Positions 37,809-50,900 of a stretch of DNA of 64,000 nucleotides are shown here, piece by piece; the stretch's first letter is position 1; every line of letters starts with the position of its first letter. The translations under genes and the position numbers were made by a program. The notes below the pieces were generated by a model. It was given only the letters and a program-made list of their open reading frames with translations, was not told where the DNA came from and did no database searches. This stretch comes from Scyliorhinus canicula. Taxonomy: Eukaryota. Location: the NCBI RefSeq assembly GCF_902713615.1, contig NC_052155.1:58399654-58463653 (forward strand), written 5' to 3'.

Positions 37809-38004
37809 GCACCTCAAGAAAGTGACGATAATCAGAGTCATTTATTGCAATCCAAAGCATTGGTTGCAAAATGTGAAGGAATCCAGACCTGCTCTTCTCA
37901 CCAAACTACAGAAAATGTGAATGAAGTTGGTCACCTTGAGATATCTGACCATTTGACCACCATACCTACTTCATCGGTGGGAGCACCAGGTACAACTCGG
38001 GCTG
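37809..38004 (+). CDS. RAD54B: RAD54B second coding exon (variable N-terminal region)
   Basis: Long T tract + TAG acceptor (37807-08). Open frame APQESDDNQSHLLQSKALVAKCEG... in phase 0 with the previous exon; phase-1 donor CTG|GTAATT (alternative CAG|GTACAA after 37989). Lies between RAD54B start exon and FSBP as expected; sequence itself poorly conserved. Confidence 0.75.
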
Positions 38005-38934
38005 GTAATTACAAGTTCATTTTGTTACACTCTGAAATGAAATTCTGGATTAGCTGTGTGACTTGCCATTTCCTAGTAAAGTACTTCAGGCAGAGAGAGA
38101 CGAGACATGCAGTCGCAAAGAAAGGAGTCTTACTACTGACACTGAGTATCTTTCTGCTAAAACTATAACATTAATGCAATTGCAAATTAAATCTGGTGCT
38201 GAGGGCCTGAGAAGAGTCTCGGTCACTTCGTTTTGGAATGAATTTGTTTTGTAGTTCTGGATTTAATCTGCACAAGTTTAGCTTTGCACCAATTCTAAAT
38301 TGGTAGTACAGTATAAATTTGCCTCGAAAGTCTGATTTTCTTTTTTTTGGCAGCAGTAGGACTTTTTTTTTTACATCATAACGGTTGATATGTGATATCA
38401 TTGCATATAATATCTCGCCTGTATTTCAGGAAAGTATAAAGATTGGCTACGAAAATTTCACAGCATAAGAAGAAAGGACAAATCTTGTATTTGTGTAGTG
38501 CTTTTCATGTCCCTGTAACATTCCAAAACACTTCACAGACAATAAAATACTTTCACTGTTGTGATATAGAGAAATATAGCAGTCACTTTGGGCGCAGCCA
38601 AGAATTGCATTGAGATAAACGATCAGTATTCTTGTTTTGGGGAGGGTAGTTTTGGGTTGAAAGATAAATGTTGATCAGCGCACAAGGTGAACTCTTTAGC
38701 TTTTCTGAGCATAGTGCCATAAGTTCTTTTGTGTTTATCCAAGAGGAACCTCTCGTCTGAAAGATGGCATCTCAGAATGTGCAGCTATATAATCAAGCGT
38801 CAACCTCGACTGCATGCTCCTCTAAAGTTGAGCCTGACCCCATGATATCCTCACTAAGTTGTACTTCTGAGTCAAGCCTAACACCTTAAAAGTGCTGGTT
38901 GCTTCTTGTTAGGCATGATGGCTTGTTTATTTAG

Positions 38935-39087
38935 AGTAAGAAGTCCTACAACACCAGGTTAAAGTCCAACAGGTTTGATTCAAGCTCCAAAAGCTCGTGT
39001 TTGAATCAAACCTGTTGGACTTTAACCTGGTGTTGTAAGACTTCTTACTGTGCTCACCCCAGTCCAACGCCGGCATCTCCACATCAT
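38935..39087 (+). mobile_element. Penelope-like fold-back fragment
   Basis: About 49-bp inverted repeat (38935-38983 / 39001-39049) plus 3' extension; TSD TTTATTTAGAGT. Same family as 40752-40895 and 43718-43860. Confidence 0.7.
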
Positions 39088-39699
39088 ATTTATTTAGAGT
39101 CATAGAGGTCTCTACAGCACAGGAAAGGGTCTTTGGCCCATCACGTCTGCGCTGAAAAACAAAACCCATCTAACTATTCTAATCCCTTTTTACAGCACTT
39201 GGCCGATAGCCTTGTATGCCTGGGCATTGCAAGTGCACATATAAATACTTCCTAAATGTTATGAGGGACTCTGCCTCCACCACCCTTTCAGGCAGTGAGT
39301 TCCAGACTCCCACCGCCATCTGGGTGAAAATCTTTTTCCTCACATCCCCTCTAAACTTCCTGCCTCTCACGATAAATCTATGCCCCCCGGTCGTCCCTCT
39401 TCCAAGGAGAAAAGTTTCTCTCTGTCTACTCTATCCCTGTCCCTCATAATGTTATGGTCATCCCACCACCAAGGGGAAAAGTTTCCCCATATCTACTCTA
39501 TCCATGCCTCTCATAGTTTTATACATCTCAATCATGTCCTCCCCTTCAGTCTCCTCTGCTCCAAGGAAAACAACGCCAGTCTATCCAATCTCTTTTCACA
39601 ACTAAAACTCTCCAGCCCAGGCAACATCCTGGTAAATCTCTGCACCCTTTCAGATGCTACCACATCCCTTCTATAATGTGGATTCCACAACTGTACAGG

Positions 39700-40689
39700 T
39701 GTTGCACGTTTTACTTGAGTGTTATGCGTTTTATTGGAGTGTATTAACACGCCTCCGTTTAAAGGCCGTGTGCTTAACACTACTACGGCTCTGTGTATGT
39801 AATTCTGCTCAGGAGTCGCCAGGTGCCGTATTTAGACACATCACAAGTACATCAAGGTCAGGTTCAAAGTAATAAATCTGTACACCGATTAGTAAGTTCA
39901 AACGATTGATATTTATTATAACAAATATAATAAATACACATGCATACGCTAAAGAGACTAAGTTACTTCTAAACTAAACGACTAAAATACTTATCTAGAC
40001 AGGAACAGGCAAGGTCAGGGAGCGAGGCCTTCGTCCCGTTCTTGGTCTGCAACTCTCAGGGTCTTAAAATCGTCAGGGTCTAGCAAAGTCTGGATCACGT
40101 AGCGATCGTTGTGGTGACACTTACAGTTCGATGGCTGGTGGCTCAACGGCTGGTGATGGAACTGGAGTCAGGATGCGATGTATCAGCAAAGCGATGAAAA
40201 CAGCAGAGAGCCGGAGCCAAAAACAACAGACCGGACCATGTGCGGGGTCTACTTTTATAGGTCCCCCAAAGTCCGTGCCTCTTCGGGGCGGTTCTCTACC
40301 TGCCGTGTATCGATTGGGCCTTCTCCCAATCGATATTTTCCAAACCCCCCAATCTGAGGGTTGCTTCTCGATGGGTGGGGCGGTCTCTATGGTTCTTTGT
40401 GATGGATACTATGGTGCTGTTTCGTCTGGGCGTCTACTCAAAAGTATCCATTCATACCTAAATGTTTCTATTGTGTGGGCCTGGATCTGGATCACCTCAT
40501 TACTATGTAAATCGTTGTTGCCATTTACACCTTTAGCTGAGATTCTGCACCTGGCCACAAACTGGTTTCTGTACGTGCAGAATGCTAATTATCCTTCTGC
40601 AAACTGCTTGTCCTTGCTAAGACTGTTTTCTCCCTGCAGCCTTAGCAGTTCTCCATTTTGTAGCCCAGTGTCCATCTTAGGTGGCTACA
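39700..40689 (-). mobile_element. 990-bp solo LTR (ERV- or Gypsy-type) inside a CR1
   Basis: TG...CA termini; 4-bp TSD CAGG (39696-99, 40690-93); minus-strand TATAAAA near 40255; CR1 sequence resumes across it. Confidence 0.8.
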
Positions 40690-40751
40690 CAGGGTACTCT
40701 ACCTGCGGTTTAACCAATGATTCAGCATAACCTCGCTGCTCTTAAACTCTA

Positions 40752-40895
40752 TGATGTGGAGATGCAGGCGTTGGACTGAGGTGAGCACAGTAAGAAGTCT
40801 TACAACACCAGGTTAAAGTCCAACAGGTTTGTATCGATTCACTATCGAATCGAAACAAACCTGTTGAACTTTAACCTAGTATTGTAAGACTTCTA
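40752..40895 (-). mobile_element. Penelope-like fold-back fragment
   Basis: Same family, inverted repeat of about 45 bp; flanked by AAACTCTATG duplication. Confidence 0.7.
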
Positions 40896-42319
40896 ACTAA
40901 AACTCTATGCCTCAGCAATAAAGGCAAGTATGCCATATACCTTCTCAACCACTGTATCCACCTGCTCTGCTACCTTAATGGACTAGTGTACATGCACACC
41001 AAGGTCCTTCTGATCCTTGGTGCTTCCCAGGGTACAGCCTTTCATCATGTATACCCTTGCCTTGTTTGTCCTGCCTAAGTGCATCACCTCACATTTATCC
41101 GGATTGAATTCCATTTGCCACTGATCAGCTCATCTGACCAGCCCATCTATATCCTCCTGCAATCGAAGGCTATCCTCACTAATTACCACCCCACCAATTT
41201 TTGTATCATCCATGAACTTACTGATTAACCCTCCTACATTCGTGTCTAAATAATTTATATGAACCACAAGCAGCAATCGTCCCAACACCGACCCCTGCGA
41301 GACCCTACTGGACACCGGCTTCCAGTCAGAAAAACATGTTTCGATCATTACCCTCTGCTTCCTGCCACTCTGCCAATTCTGGATTTAATTTGCCAAATAT
41401 CCTTGGATTTTCTATGTTTTATGTTCAGAGTCATAAAAGTTCTAACAGCATGGAAGGAAGCCATTCGGTCCATCAAATTTACCAGGTTTTTCTATGTTAG
41501 ATAGACTATTGAAGCAATGTATGTTCACCATAGCTCACAACTGCAGTGCTTTGCAATAATTTGGCAAAGTACAGGTTTTTAAAAGTTGATCTGAGAGCAG
41601 GTTGATCCTGTTCAAGGTGACACTGGGGATCCAAGTTCAAATTTCATGAATGAACCAGGCTACAGCTTCAAGGGGCAATTTTATTTTAGTTTTCTGATTA
41701 TAGAATTATATGGCACAGAAGGATTTGATCTTTCGAGTCTGCGCCAGTTCCTCTCTATCCTTTATTTCCCCAGACCCCTGCACACTTTCTGTTTCAAGAA
41801 AATGTTTTATGATGTTTGAAAATATATTACAGATTGAACCATTGACCATGAGAAAACAAATCTGAGGTCCCAAAAACCCCAAGTTAAAAAGGGAATATTG
41901 TTATCTCAGGATGGAAATAAAGTAAAATCACATTAAAATATCTCTTTTTAAATCCCACATTTGATCACACTTCAAGTAAAAATGAATACGGTCAGATTTT
42001 CTCACAACACTTGTATCTCGTGTATTAGACAAATAAAAAAAGCTTTACTAAGTAGACCCTTTCTCTTATAACCTGAAAGCAACGGTCATATAGAATACTA
42101 TGAAGTTAATAATGTAGGTGTCACTAATATGCCATTAACTTTAGATTGAAAAAGAATATATATTTTTTAAAGGAAAGGTAATAAACAGATGTAAGACACA
42201 GCAAATATCAGTAATACAATAATAAATATAGAATCAGTCCAGAATAGATTAAAAATGACCGTTTCATGAACATTTCTTGTCCAGTTTGTTACTAGCCCAT
42301 GGTTCCAAAGACCAATTAT

Positions 42320-43715
42320 TTGTTTTTATTTAAAATGTTTTTATTATGAGTTTTTCATTTTATACAATTCAAAATAAACAAATCTGTACAAAACAGACAT
42401 AATTTACAAAAACCAACCATTAAACATAACTCCCAATCCCCTCCCTATTTTTTTTATAGAATGTTTTTAAATGTTTTTTCATTATCATACATAGCAAGGC
42501 GGTATAGTGACACATATATTACATTGTGATAAATCAATAATAATAATCTTTATTAGTATCACAAGTAGGCTTACATTAACACTGCAATGAAATTACTGTG
42601 AAAAGCGTCTGTTTGGATCCACTGAGGGAGAATTCAGAATGTCCAATTAACCTAACAAGCACGTCTTTCGGGACTTGTGGGTGGAAACCGGAGACCCCAG
42701 AGGAAACCCCCGCACAGGGTGCGATCGGTGTACGTGTCTCCCCCCTCCTCCCCATTTTGTTGGTGCTTACGGTCTCTTTGTGGGCCCCCCCACTCCCTTT
42801 TGCTCTATTGGCTGTGGGCTTCAAATAGGCCCTTGAACAGGTTAGCGAATGACCTCCACATCTTGTGGAAGCCCTCTTCCAATCCCCGGATGGCGAATTT
42901 GATTTTCCCCAGTTAGAGAAATTCTGACAGATTGGCCAGCTTTGGGTGGTGCTGCTGATCGCCAGCCGAGCAAGATTCTTTGGAGAGTGATTAGGGGGAC
43001 AAAGGCTCGGGCATTGGCCCTTCTCCCCATAAAGAGTTTTTTGGCTGGTCTGATACTCGAAGACTGCCACTTTTGGGCAGGCTCCACCTTCACTCCAACA
43101 ACCTTGAATATTTCCTTGAAGAAAGCTGTCCAGAACCCAACCAATCTAGGCATGCCCAGAACATGTGGGTATGGTTGGCTCTGTCTCCCTGGCACAGTTC
43201 ACATTTGTCCTCCACCTCCAAGAAGAACCTGCTCATTCGGGTTCTTGTTAGGTATGCTCTGTGTACCACTTTCAGCTGCATTAGGCGTAGCTATGTGCAT
43301 GTGGAGGTGGGTTTGACACTTTCCAGTGCTTCGCTCCAGCGTCTCTCCACCCTATTTCAATCCCTAGCTCTTCCTCCCATTTTTCTCTTGTCTTGTCCAG
43401 TGGGGAGCATGCCTTTCCCAACAGTCGCACATACAGGTCCCCGCAGTTTCCCTCCCCCCTAAGTTGCCCGTGTCCAACAGCTCTTCTAATAATGAGTGTT
43501 GTCCCAACACCCATGGGTATGTCATCGTTAACCTATGGAGGAAATTTTTGACTTGCATGTCGTATCTGATTCCCCCTGGTCAGTTGAAGCTCCCCGTCAG
43601 TTCATCTAACGTTGTCAGTCTATTGTCTGTGCAGAAGTCACTAAGTGTCAGTGTCCCCCATCCTGTCTCCACCTTTTAAAGGTGGCGTCCATTTTGGCTG
43701 GTGCGAGATTATGGT
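42320..43715 (-). mobile_element. L1-clade LINE 3' fragment
   Basis: QLKVVHRAYLT...CELCQGDRANHTHMFWAC zinc knuckle; A-rich 3' end. Confidence 0.8.
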
Positions 43716-43738
43716 CCACTTCCTCAGGTGAATGTTCT

Positions 43739-43775
43739 TCACCTGAGGAAGGAGCTTTGCTCCGAAAGCTAGTGA
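43739..43775 (+). ncRNA. Minimal type I hammerhead ribozyme motif in a Penelope-like repeat (43718-43860)
   Basis: TCAC-CTGAGGA-A-GGAGC(TTT)GCTCC-GAAA-GCT-A-GTGA: core CUGANGA/GAAA, 5-bp stem II, palindromic AGCU stem III, UA cleavage site, stem I TCAC/GTGA. Confidence 0.6.
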
Positions 43776-45326
43776 TTCGAAACAAACCTGTTGGACTTTA
43801 ACATGAGGTTGTAAGACTTCTTACTGTGCTCACCCCAGTCCAACGCCGGCATCTCCACATTTTAGGACTGAGGTGAAGATAAATTTCTTCATGAAGAGAA
43901 TGGTGAAGCTGTGGAATTCGCTGCCACAGAAAATAGTTGAGGCAAAAACATTGTGTGATTTCAAGAAGGAACAGATATAGCCCGTGGGGCTAAAGGGATC
44001 AAGGAACATGGGGGGAGGGGGGGAAGAAGGAGGGATCAGGGTATTGATTAGCCATGATCATAATGAATGGTGGAGCAGGCTCGAAGGGCAGGATGGCCTC
44101 CTGCTTCTATTTTCTATGTATGATTCTATGCATCTGTTAATTTGGTTACCACCAAATATTGGCGTTGATTTTACAACTATCACTGTCCGTTTGACCAAGG
44201 TACAAGTACGAGCTTGAAATTAGTACTTATTTAGCACTTGACACAGTAACATATTTTGAGAAACATACAGATCCTGAGACTAATTCAAAATTGTTTTCAT
44301 TTTCAAATATTGATTAAGGTTGCTTTTCTTAGGCTATTTGAAGAAAAAATAGATATTAAAAATAAGCACAGCGTGTAAAACAATAAAAAATTTGGTAATG
44401 TGGAAGATTCAAATCCTGTGGGTAAATGTGGTTCTCCCTAGTAAACCTGTCACTGGAGACAGTATCCTTTATCTAGGTCAGGAAAAACATATCTGAAAAT
44501 ATCTTGATAACATCGGGAACTATTCATACAAAACCGGGATAAGCAATTAATCTTTTGTCCAAAATAGTTGAGGATCTGAACACTGCAGGGTTAATGCTGC
44601 TCTCTGCTCTCTTGAAGCATATAGACCAATGCACAGCTTGGTCTGTAGTGCATGTGAATTGAAATTTCTTGGTAGGGACAAAATAAAAGCACGATATGTT
44701 TTTGCACAATTTCTGATCACTTGGGTTGGGCACAAAATGACGGCAAGCCTTTTTACATTTCATCTTTTACACTGTTCTATCCTCTCACATCAAAAGGCCA
44801 GATCACTGTCAAAAATACTCTGTATAATTGTACCTGCTGCAAGAAGATATTTCTCTGCTTCAGTCTGGAAATTCAGTGGGATGAGGGATTTAATTAACAT
44901 TTTCCTGCTCTGTGGCATTGTGTATTGGCACCACAAAAAAGCCAAATCTATTTTTACAGCCAATTAAGTAAATCTCTCTAATGCAGGAAATGCATTTGCT
45001 CATAACAAACTCCCACAAACGGCAGTGCGATAATGACCAGATAATCGCTCAAATAGCGGGATATAGCAAATAGATTAATATTGACCAGGATACAGGGGAT
45101 AATTCCCCTGCTCCTCTTCAAAGTACTTCATGGAATTTTTTACGTCTTTGCAAGCGGGCAGACGGGCCCTGAGTTAACATCTCATCTGAATATCAGCACC
45201 TCTAACAGTGAAGCAATCTCCTGCAATGGAATAGGATCTGAAGCCACAACCTTCTGACTCTGTGGCAAGAGTGCTTCCAACTGAACCATGGCTGAGACAC
45301 AGGAAAGGAAAGTTATGTAGACAAAG

Positions 45327-46120
45327 GAACATAGAACGTACAGTGCAGAAGGAGGCCATTCGGCCCATCGGGTCTGCACCGACCCACTTGAGCCCTCACT
45401 TCCACCCTACCCCCGTAACCCCTCCCAACCATTTTGGACACTAACGGCAATTTATCATGGCCAATCCACTTAACCTGCACATCTTTGGACTGTGAGAGGA
45501 AACCGGAGCACCCGGAGGAAATCCACGCAGATGCGGGGAGAACGCGCAGACTCCTCACAGACAGTGAATCGAACCTGGGACCCTGGCGCTGTGCAGCCAC
45601 AGTGCTATCCACCTGTGCTACCGTGCTGCACAAAGGAGGTAGAGATGAGGATACAGGACGCAGGGAAGAGGAGATTATGGAGTCAGTTGGAAATTGATCA
45701 AATTTAAATTTCCTTTCCAGGGTGATCTTGTAGTCGTGTGAGATTTTGGAAGAGGAAAGTGAGGCCCAAATATGCTTGGTGTGGTTCACCCAGATCAAAT
45801 GACAGATGATTATCTGCGGCACAGTGACACAATCGTTAACACTGCTGCCTCAAGGCCAGGGATCCAGTTTTGATTCTGACCTTGATGACTATGTGTGGAG
45901 TTTGCACTTTCTCCCTGTGTCTGCGGGGTTTCCTCTGGGAGTTCCAGTTTCCTCCCACAGTCCAAAGATGTGCCGGTTAGGTGGATTAGCTATGCTAATT
46001 TTCCCCTTAGTGTCCAGACGTTAGGTAGGGTTAAGGGGATAGGGCATGGGCCGAGGTAGGGTGCTCTTCCCTAGGAAGGGCTGGTGCAGACTCGATGGAC
46101 TGAATGGCCGCCTTCTATGA
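45327..46120. mobile_element. Two head-to-head HE1-like SINEs (45327-45628 -, 45818-46120 +)
   Basis: Family bodies in opposite orientation about 190 nt apart. Confidence 0.8.
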
Positions 46121-46503
46121 TTAAACATGTTTTGCATGAAATACATTCAAGTTCATGCCTTCTGGACTTGAGAGTGTTTAAATTTCCATTCTAACAGGTG
46201 AACCAAAGATCTTGCCTGGGATGAGGGCATCAAAGGAAGTGATTTAAAAAATTGATGCCTGCAGTATTATTGCTGCGATTGGAAGGCCAAAAGGCGACGC
46301 AGTTTGGATTTAAATAGTGCATTTGTTGTTGACTTTGACAAAGTATTTAAAAGTCGCTTTGGAAGAGATAATGTGGCTGGTGAGATCCAAAAGGAGGTGG
46401 GGCAAAAATGCCCTGACTATGGCCGGCATGGTGGTGGTGTGGTTAGCACTGCTGCCTCACATCTCCAGCGACCGAGTTAAATTCTGGCCTTGGGTGACTG
46501 TGT

Positions 46504-47333
46504 TGTCATGTGCGAGTACCTTTAAGTAATGGGTATTTATCAAATAGCTGTAGTGGGTGTACCTTTAAGAAATGGGTGTTTATCAAATACCTGCAGTGAT
46601 GTCAGAGTGTGGGTGGAACTGGGCTGTCTCTCACTTTCGTTTTTGAGCTGGCAGCTACGGTGTGTTTTTAAGTTTCATTTTGCAGACTGGGATTCTGATT
46701 TCCTTCTGCATGAAAGGAATGTCTTCAAAAGGGCAGCACGGTGGGTCAGTGGGTTAGCACTGCAGTCTCACGGCGCTGAGGTCCCAGGCTCGATCCAGGC
46801 TCTGGGTCACTGTCCGTGTGGAGTTTGCACATTCTCCCCGTGTTTGCGTGGGTTTCACCCCCACAACCCAAAGATGTGCAAGGTAGGTGGATTGAACACG
46901 CTAAATTGCCCCTTAATTGGAAAAAATTAATTGGGTACTCTAAATTTATTTAAAAAAAAGGAATGTCTTCAAATCACTTGCTAATTTAAAAGTAATAACT
47001 GCTCTCAGTAGAGAATTTAAATCTGATTTATCTGTGTTGAAGAGGGTATTTGTCTTATGGATGTTGCAAGGAAAGATTAAGGGTTACTTATAGAATATTG
47101 TATCTGTGGGGTGATTCGTCTTGATAGTTGTTAAGATGTTTACTGAGGGTTTATAACGTGTTAACTGGTTTCATAAATAAACATTGTTTTAATTTAAAAG
47201 TACTTTAGCTCTCTGTTGCACCACACCTGTACATTAGGCTCTTGTGCTCACCATAACCACAATCTATTAATGGTTGTGGGTCAGGTGAACTCCATGTTAC
47301 ACTTTGGGGTTCTCTAAACCCTGGCCCATAACA
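46504..47333 (+). mobile_element. Solo LTR inserted in a SINE and carrying a younger SINE
   Basis: TGTCATG...CATAACA with 4-bp TSD GTGT. Host SINE halves at 46421-46503 and 47334-47580. Confidence 0.85.
46731..46958 (+). mobile_element. HE1-like SINE, poly(A)-tail type, inside a solo LTR
   Basis: TSD AAAGGAATGTCTTCAAA. Confidence 0.9.
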
Positions 47334-47989
47334 GTGTGGAGTTTGCACTTTCTCCCCGTGGCTGCGTGGGTTTCCTCCGGGTGCTCCGCTTTCCTCCCAC
47401 AGTCCAAATATGTGCAGGTTAGGTGGATTGGCCATGCTAAATTGCCTTTTAGTGTTTGAAAAGGTTAGCTGGGGTTACGTGGATAGCGTGGAGGCGTGGA
47501 CTTAAGTAGGGAGCTCTTTCCAAAGGTTGGTGTAGACTCAACAGGCTGAATGGCCCCCTTCTGCACTGTAAATCCCATGGTCGAAATTCAACTAATTGAG
47601 AACAAAGTCCCATAGTGAGTGCATTTAGCCACGTGTTTCCCGGCGCTCAAGTCCTGATCCCCAAAGCAAACCCCCCGATGGGCTATGAGAGGGTCCCTTG
47701 CTTCAGGTATCCCGGGAATCTGCACTTTGAAGTGAGACTGGGTGGAATTTACATCGCAAAGTCTTGTGAGATCATGTTGCGAGCCAGCTGGATGCTGGGA
47801 GCGGGTTCTCTAGGCTTTTATCAGCGCGGCAAGCTGACTTTCAGATGCAGCTGGGCAATTGGATCGCTACGTAGGTAAGAAGGTAAGGGGCAAGGAAATA
47901 GAGATGGCGAGGACAAAGTGACTAAGGACAGTGCATAGTATTAAATGCCATCTGCCTATTGTGCAGGCCCATCTGTGTCTTGTTGAGAT

Positions 47990-50900
47990 CAGTATCATAG
48001 AAAAGTAACAGCGCAGAAGAAGACCATTTGGCCCATCTTGTCTATGCCAGCCTGAGGTCACCCAGGTGTCCTTTCTAATCCCACATTCCTGCACCTGGTC
48101 CATAGTCCTGTATCTTACAGCGCTTAAGGTGCAGGTCCAAGTATTTTTAAAAGGAATTTAGGGTCTTTGCCTTCATCACCAACTTGGGCAGTGAATCCCA
48201 GACTCTCACTATCCTCTGCACAAAATAATTATTCCTCATGTCCTCTCTACACCTTCTGCCACTTATCTTGAACCTATTCTCCAGGTTCTAGACTTCTCCA
48301 CCAAGGAAAACCATTTTATCCTGTTCACTCATCTTTTCCCTATATAATTACACCGCTCGGTCTTCTTTGTTCTATAATAACCCCCAACCTATCCAATCTC
48401 TCCTTTATAGCTACACTTTTCTAGCCCTGGCAACGTTCTTGTAATCCTCTTCTGTGATCTCTCCAGAGCAAATTTGTTCTTCCTGTCGTGTGGTGACCAG
48501 AATTGCACACAATACTCCAGTTGTGGCCTCACCAATGTTTATACAATTCCAACATTATATCCTTACTTTTATATTCTATAACTCTGCAAATGAAGGAGAG
48601 CATTTTATATGCTTTCTTCACAACCTTGTCTACTTGAACTACTGCCTTTAGGGACCTTTGTACTTTTATGCCAAGATCTCTCCCTTCATCTTGCCCCTTT
48701 TAGTATATTCTCATTTATTGTGTACTCCCTATATCTATTTGGCCTCCCTAAATGCATGACCTAACACTTCTCTGTGTTAAATTCCATCTCTCACTTTATC
48801 GCCCACTCCACCAACCCATCAATATAATTTTGGAGATTATAGCTATCCTCTACACCGTTCACCACTCTGCTAATCTTTCTGTCATCTGCAAAATTTCCCA
48901 ATCGTGCCCCCGTGTTCACGTCCAAATCGTTAATATGTAATACAAACAATATGGGTCCCAACACTGAGTCCTGTAGAACACCACTTGAAACAACTTTCCC
49001 TGTGCAAGGGCAGTAATCGACCCGTTGCTTCTTGTTACTAACCCAACTTTATATCCAATTTTCCACATTGCCCTGTATCCCATGGGCTTTTACTTTTTGA
49101 CCAATCGGCCATGTGGGACCTTATCAAACGCCGTGCTAAAATCCATGTACACAAAATCCACTGCACTACCTTCATCAACCCTTCATGTCACCTCAAGGAA
49201 TTCAATCATATTTGTGAGGCATGACTTTCCTTTTTATTCACACTGACTATCCCTGACTGACCATGCCTTTCTATGTTACAGTTAATCCTATTCCTCAGGA
49301 TTGATTGTACTGATTTCCCCACCACAAAGTAAGACTAACTGGCCTATAATCGTTTGGCATTTCCTTCGATCTGTTTTTAAACAATGGAACCACGCTTGCA
49401 TTTCTCCAGTCCTCCGGTACCTCCCCAGTATCTAGGAGGATTGGAAAATCATCCTCCAAGCATCTGCTATCTTCTCCCTGACCTCCTTCAGTACCCTTGG
49501 AAACAATCCATCTGGCCCTGGCAACGTATCAACTTTCAAGGATTCCAATCCTTCGAGTAGTTCCTCTCTTCACTCCTGGACTACTATATCTGCATCATCT
49601 ATTTCCTCTGTAAACACGGAGACAAAATGTTCATTTAAAACACATCCCACAGCCTCTGCATCTGCACACAAGTTCCTTCTTCTCTGATAGGTCCCGCTAT
49701 TTCCTTAACTAACCTTTTACCATTAATATATTGGTAAAACATCTTTGGGTTTTCTTTAACTTGTGAATCTTTGGCCTTCCTCTTTGAGTTCCTTATTTCA
49801 TTTTGATTTTGTCCTGCACTTCCTATACTTGTCTAGGCTATCTGTAGTGCCTATCATACGCTTTCTTTTTCTGTTTGATCTTCCGCTGTATTCCTCTAGA
49901 CAACCAGGAGGGTCTAGATTTGGCAGAACAACCTTATTCTCGGAGGGGACATGCCTACTTTGTACATTTAGGATCTCACTTTTTAGTGCTTCCCACTGGT
50001 TTTCCATTGACTTATCCTCTAGCAGTGTTGGCCAGTCCACCTCCGCCAAGTCCCTTCTCATTTCTGCTAAATTCGCCTTCCCCAAACTCAACATTTTTTC
50101 TCCTGCTTCATCTTGCCCTTTTCCATGGTAATACTAAATCTAACTGAATATGATCGCCAACTGTCACTTCACCCACTTCATTCCCCAAGACTAGGTCTAG
50201 AATTGCATCTCCTCTCATTGGATTTGTCACTAATTGATTGAAAAAAGCTTCCTGGACAAACGGCATTAATCTTTCTCCCTCAGTTCCCCTTATTTTGTTT
50301 GAATCCCAGTTGATATTGGGATAATGAAAGTCTCCTACTATTATTGCCCTCTTGTTCTTACAGGCAAAAATATGCCTACATATTTCACCTTCTATCTCCC
50401 TTTCACTGTTTGGGAGTCTATAGTAAACCCCCAGTAGGAACATAGAAAAATAGGAGCAGGTGGAGGCTATTCGGCCTTTCAAGCCCACTCCGCCATTCAT
50501 TATGATCATGTCTGATCATCCAACTCAATAGCCTAATCCCGCTTTCCCCCATACCTTTTGATCCCCTTCGCCCCAAGTGCTATATCTAACTGCATCTTGA
50601 AAACATACAATGTTTTGGACTCGACAACTTCCTGTGGTAACAAATTCCACAGGCTCACCACTCTCTGGGTGAAGAAACTTCTCCTCATTTCTGTCCTAAA
50701 TGGTCTTTCCCGTATCCTCAGACTGTGCCCCCTGATTCTGGACACACCCACCACCGGGAACATCTTTCCTGTATCTACCCTCTACATCCCCTTACGATAA
50801 AACTATAGCAGTGTGACAGCCCCTTTTTTATTTCTACGTTCAATCCATGAAGCCTTGATTGTTGACCTGTTTAGTATATCATCCTTTCTCACAACTGGAA

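Larger units (their letters stand above)
39100..41400 (-). mobile_element. CR1 LINE 3' part, interrupted by an LTR and a Penelope fragment
   Basis: QGSVLG, SKFMDDTKIGG, ERVQRFTRMLPG. Confidence 0.8.

Noticed and set aside
40131-40730. 199-aa ORF
   Set aside because: Lies antisense within the solo LTR and runs past its end; no motif recognised.
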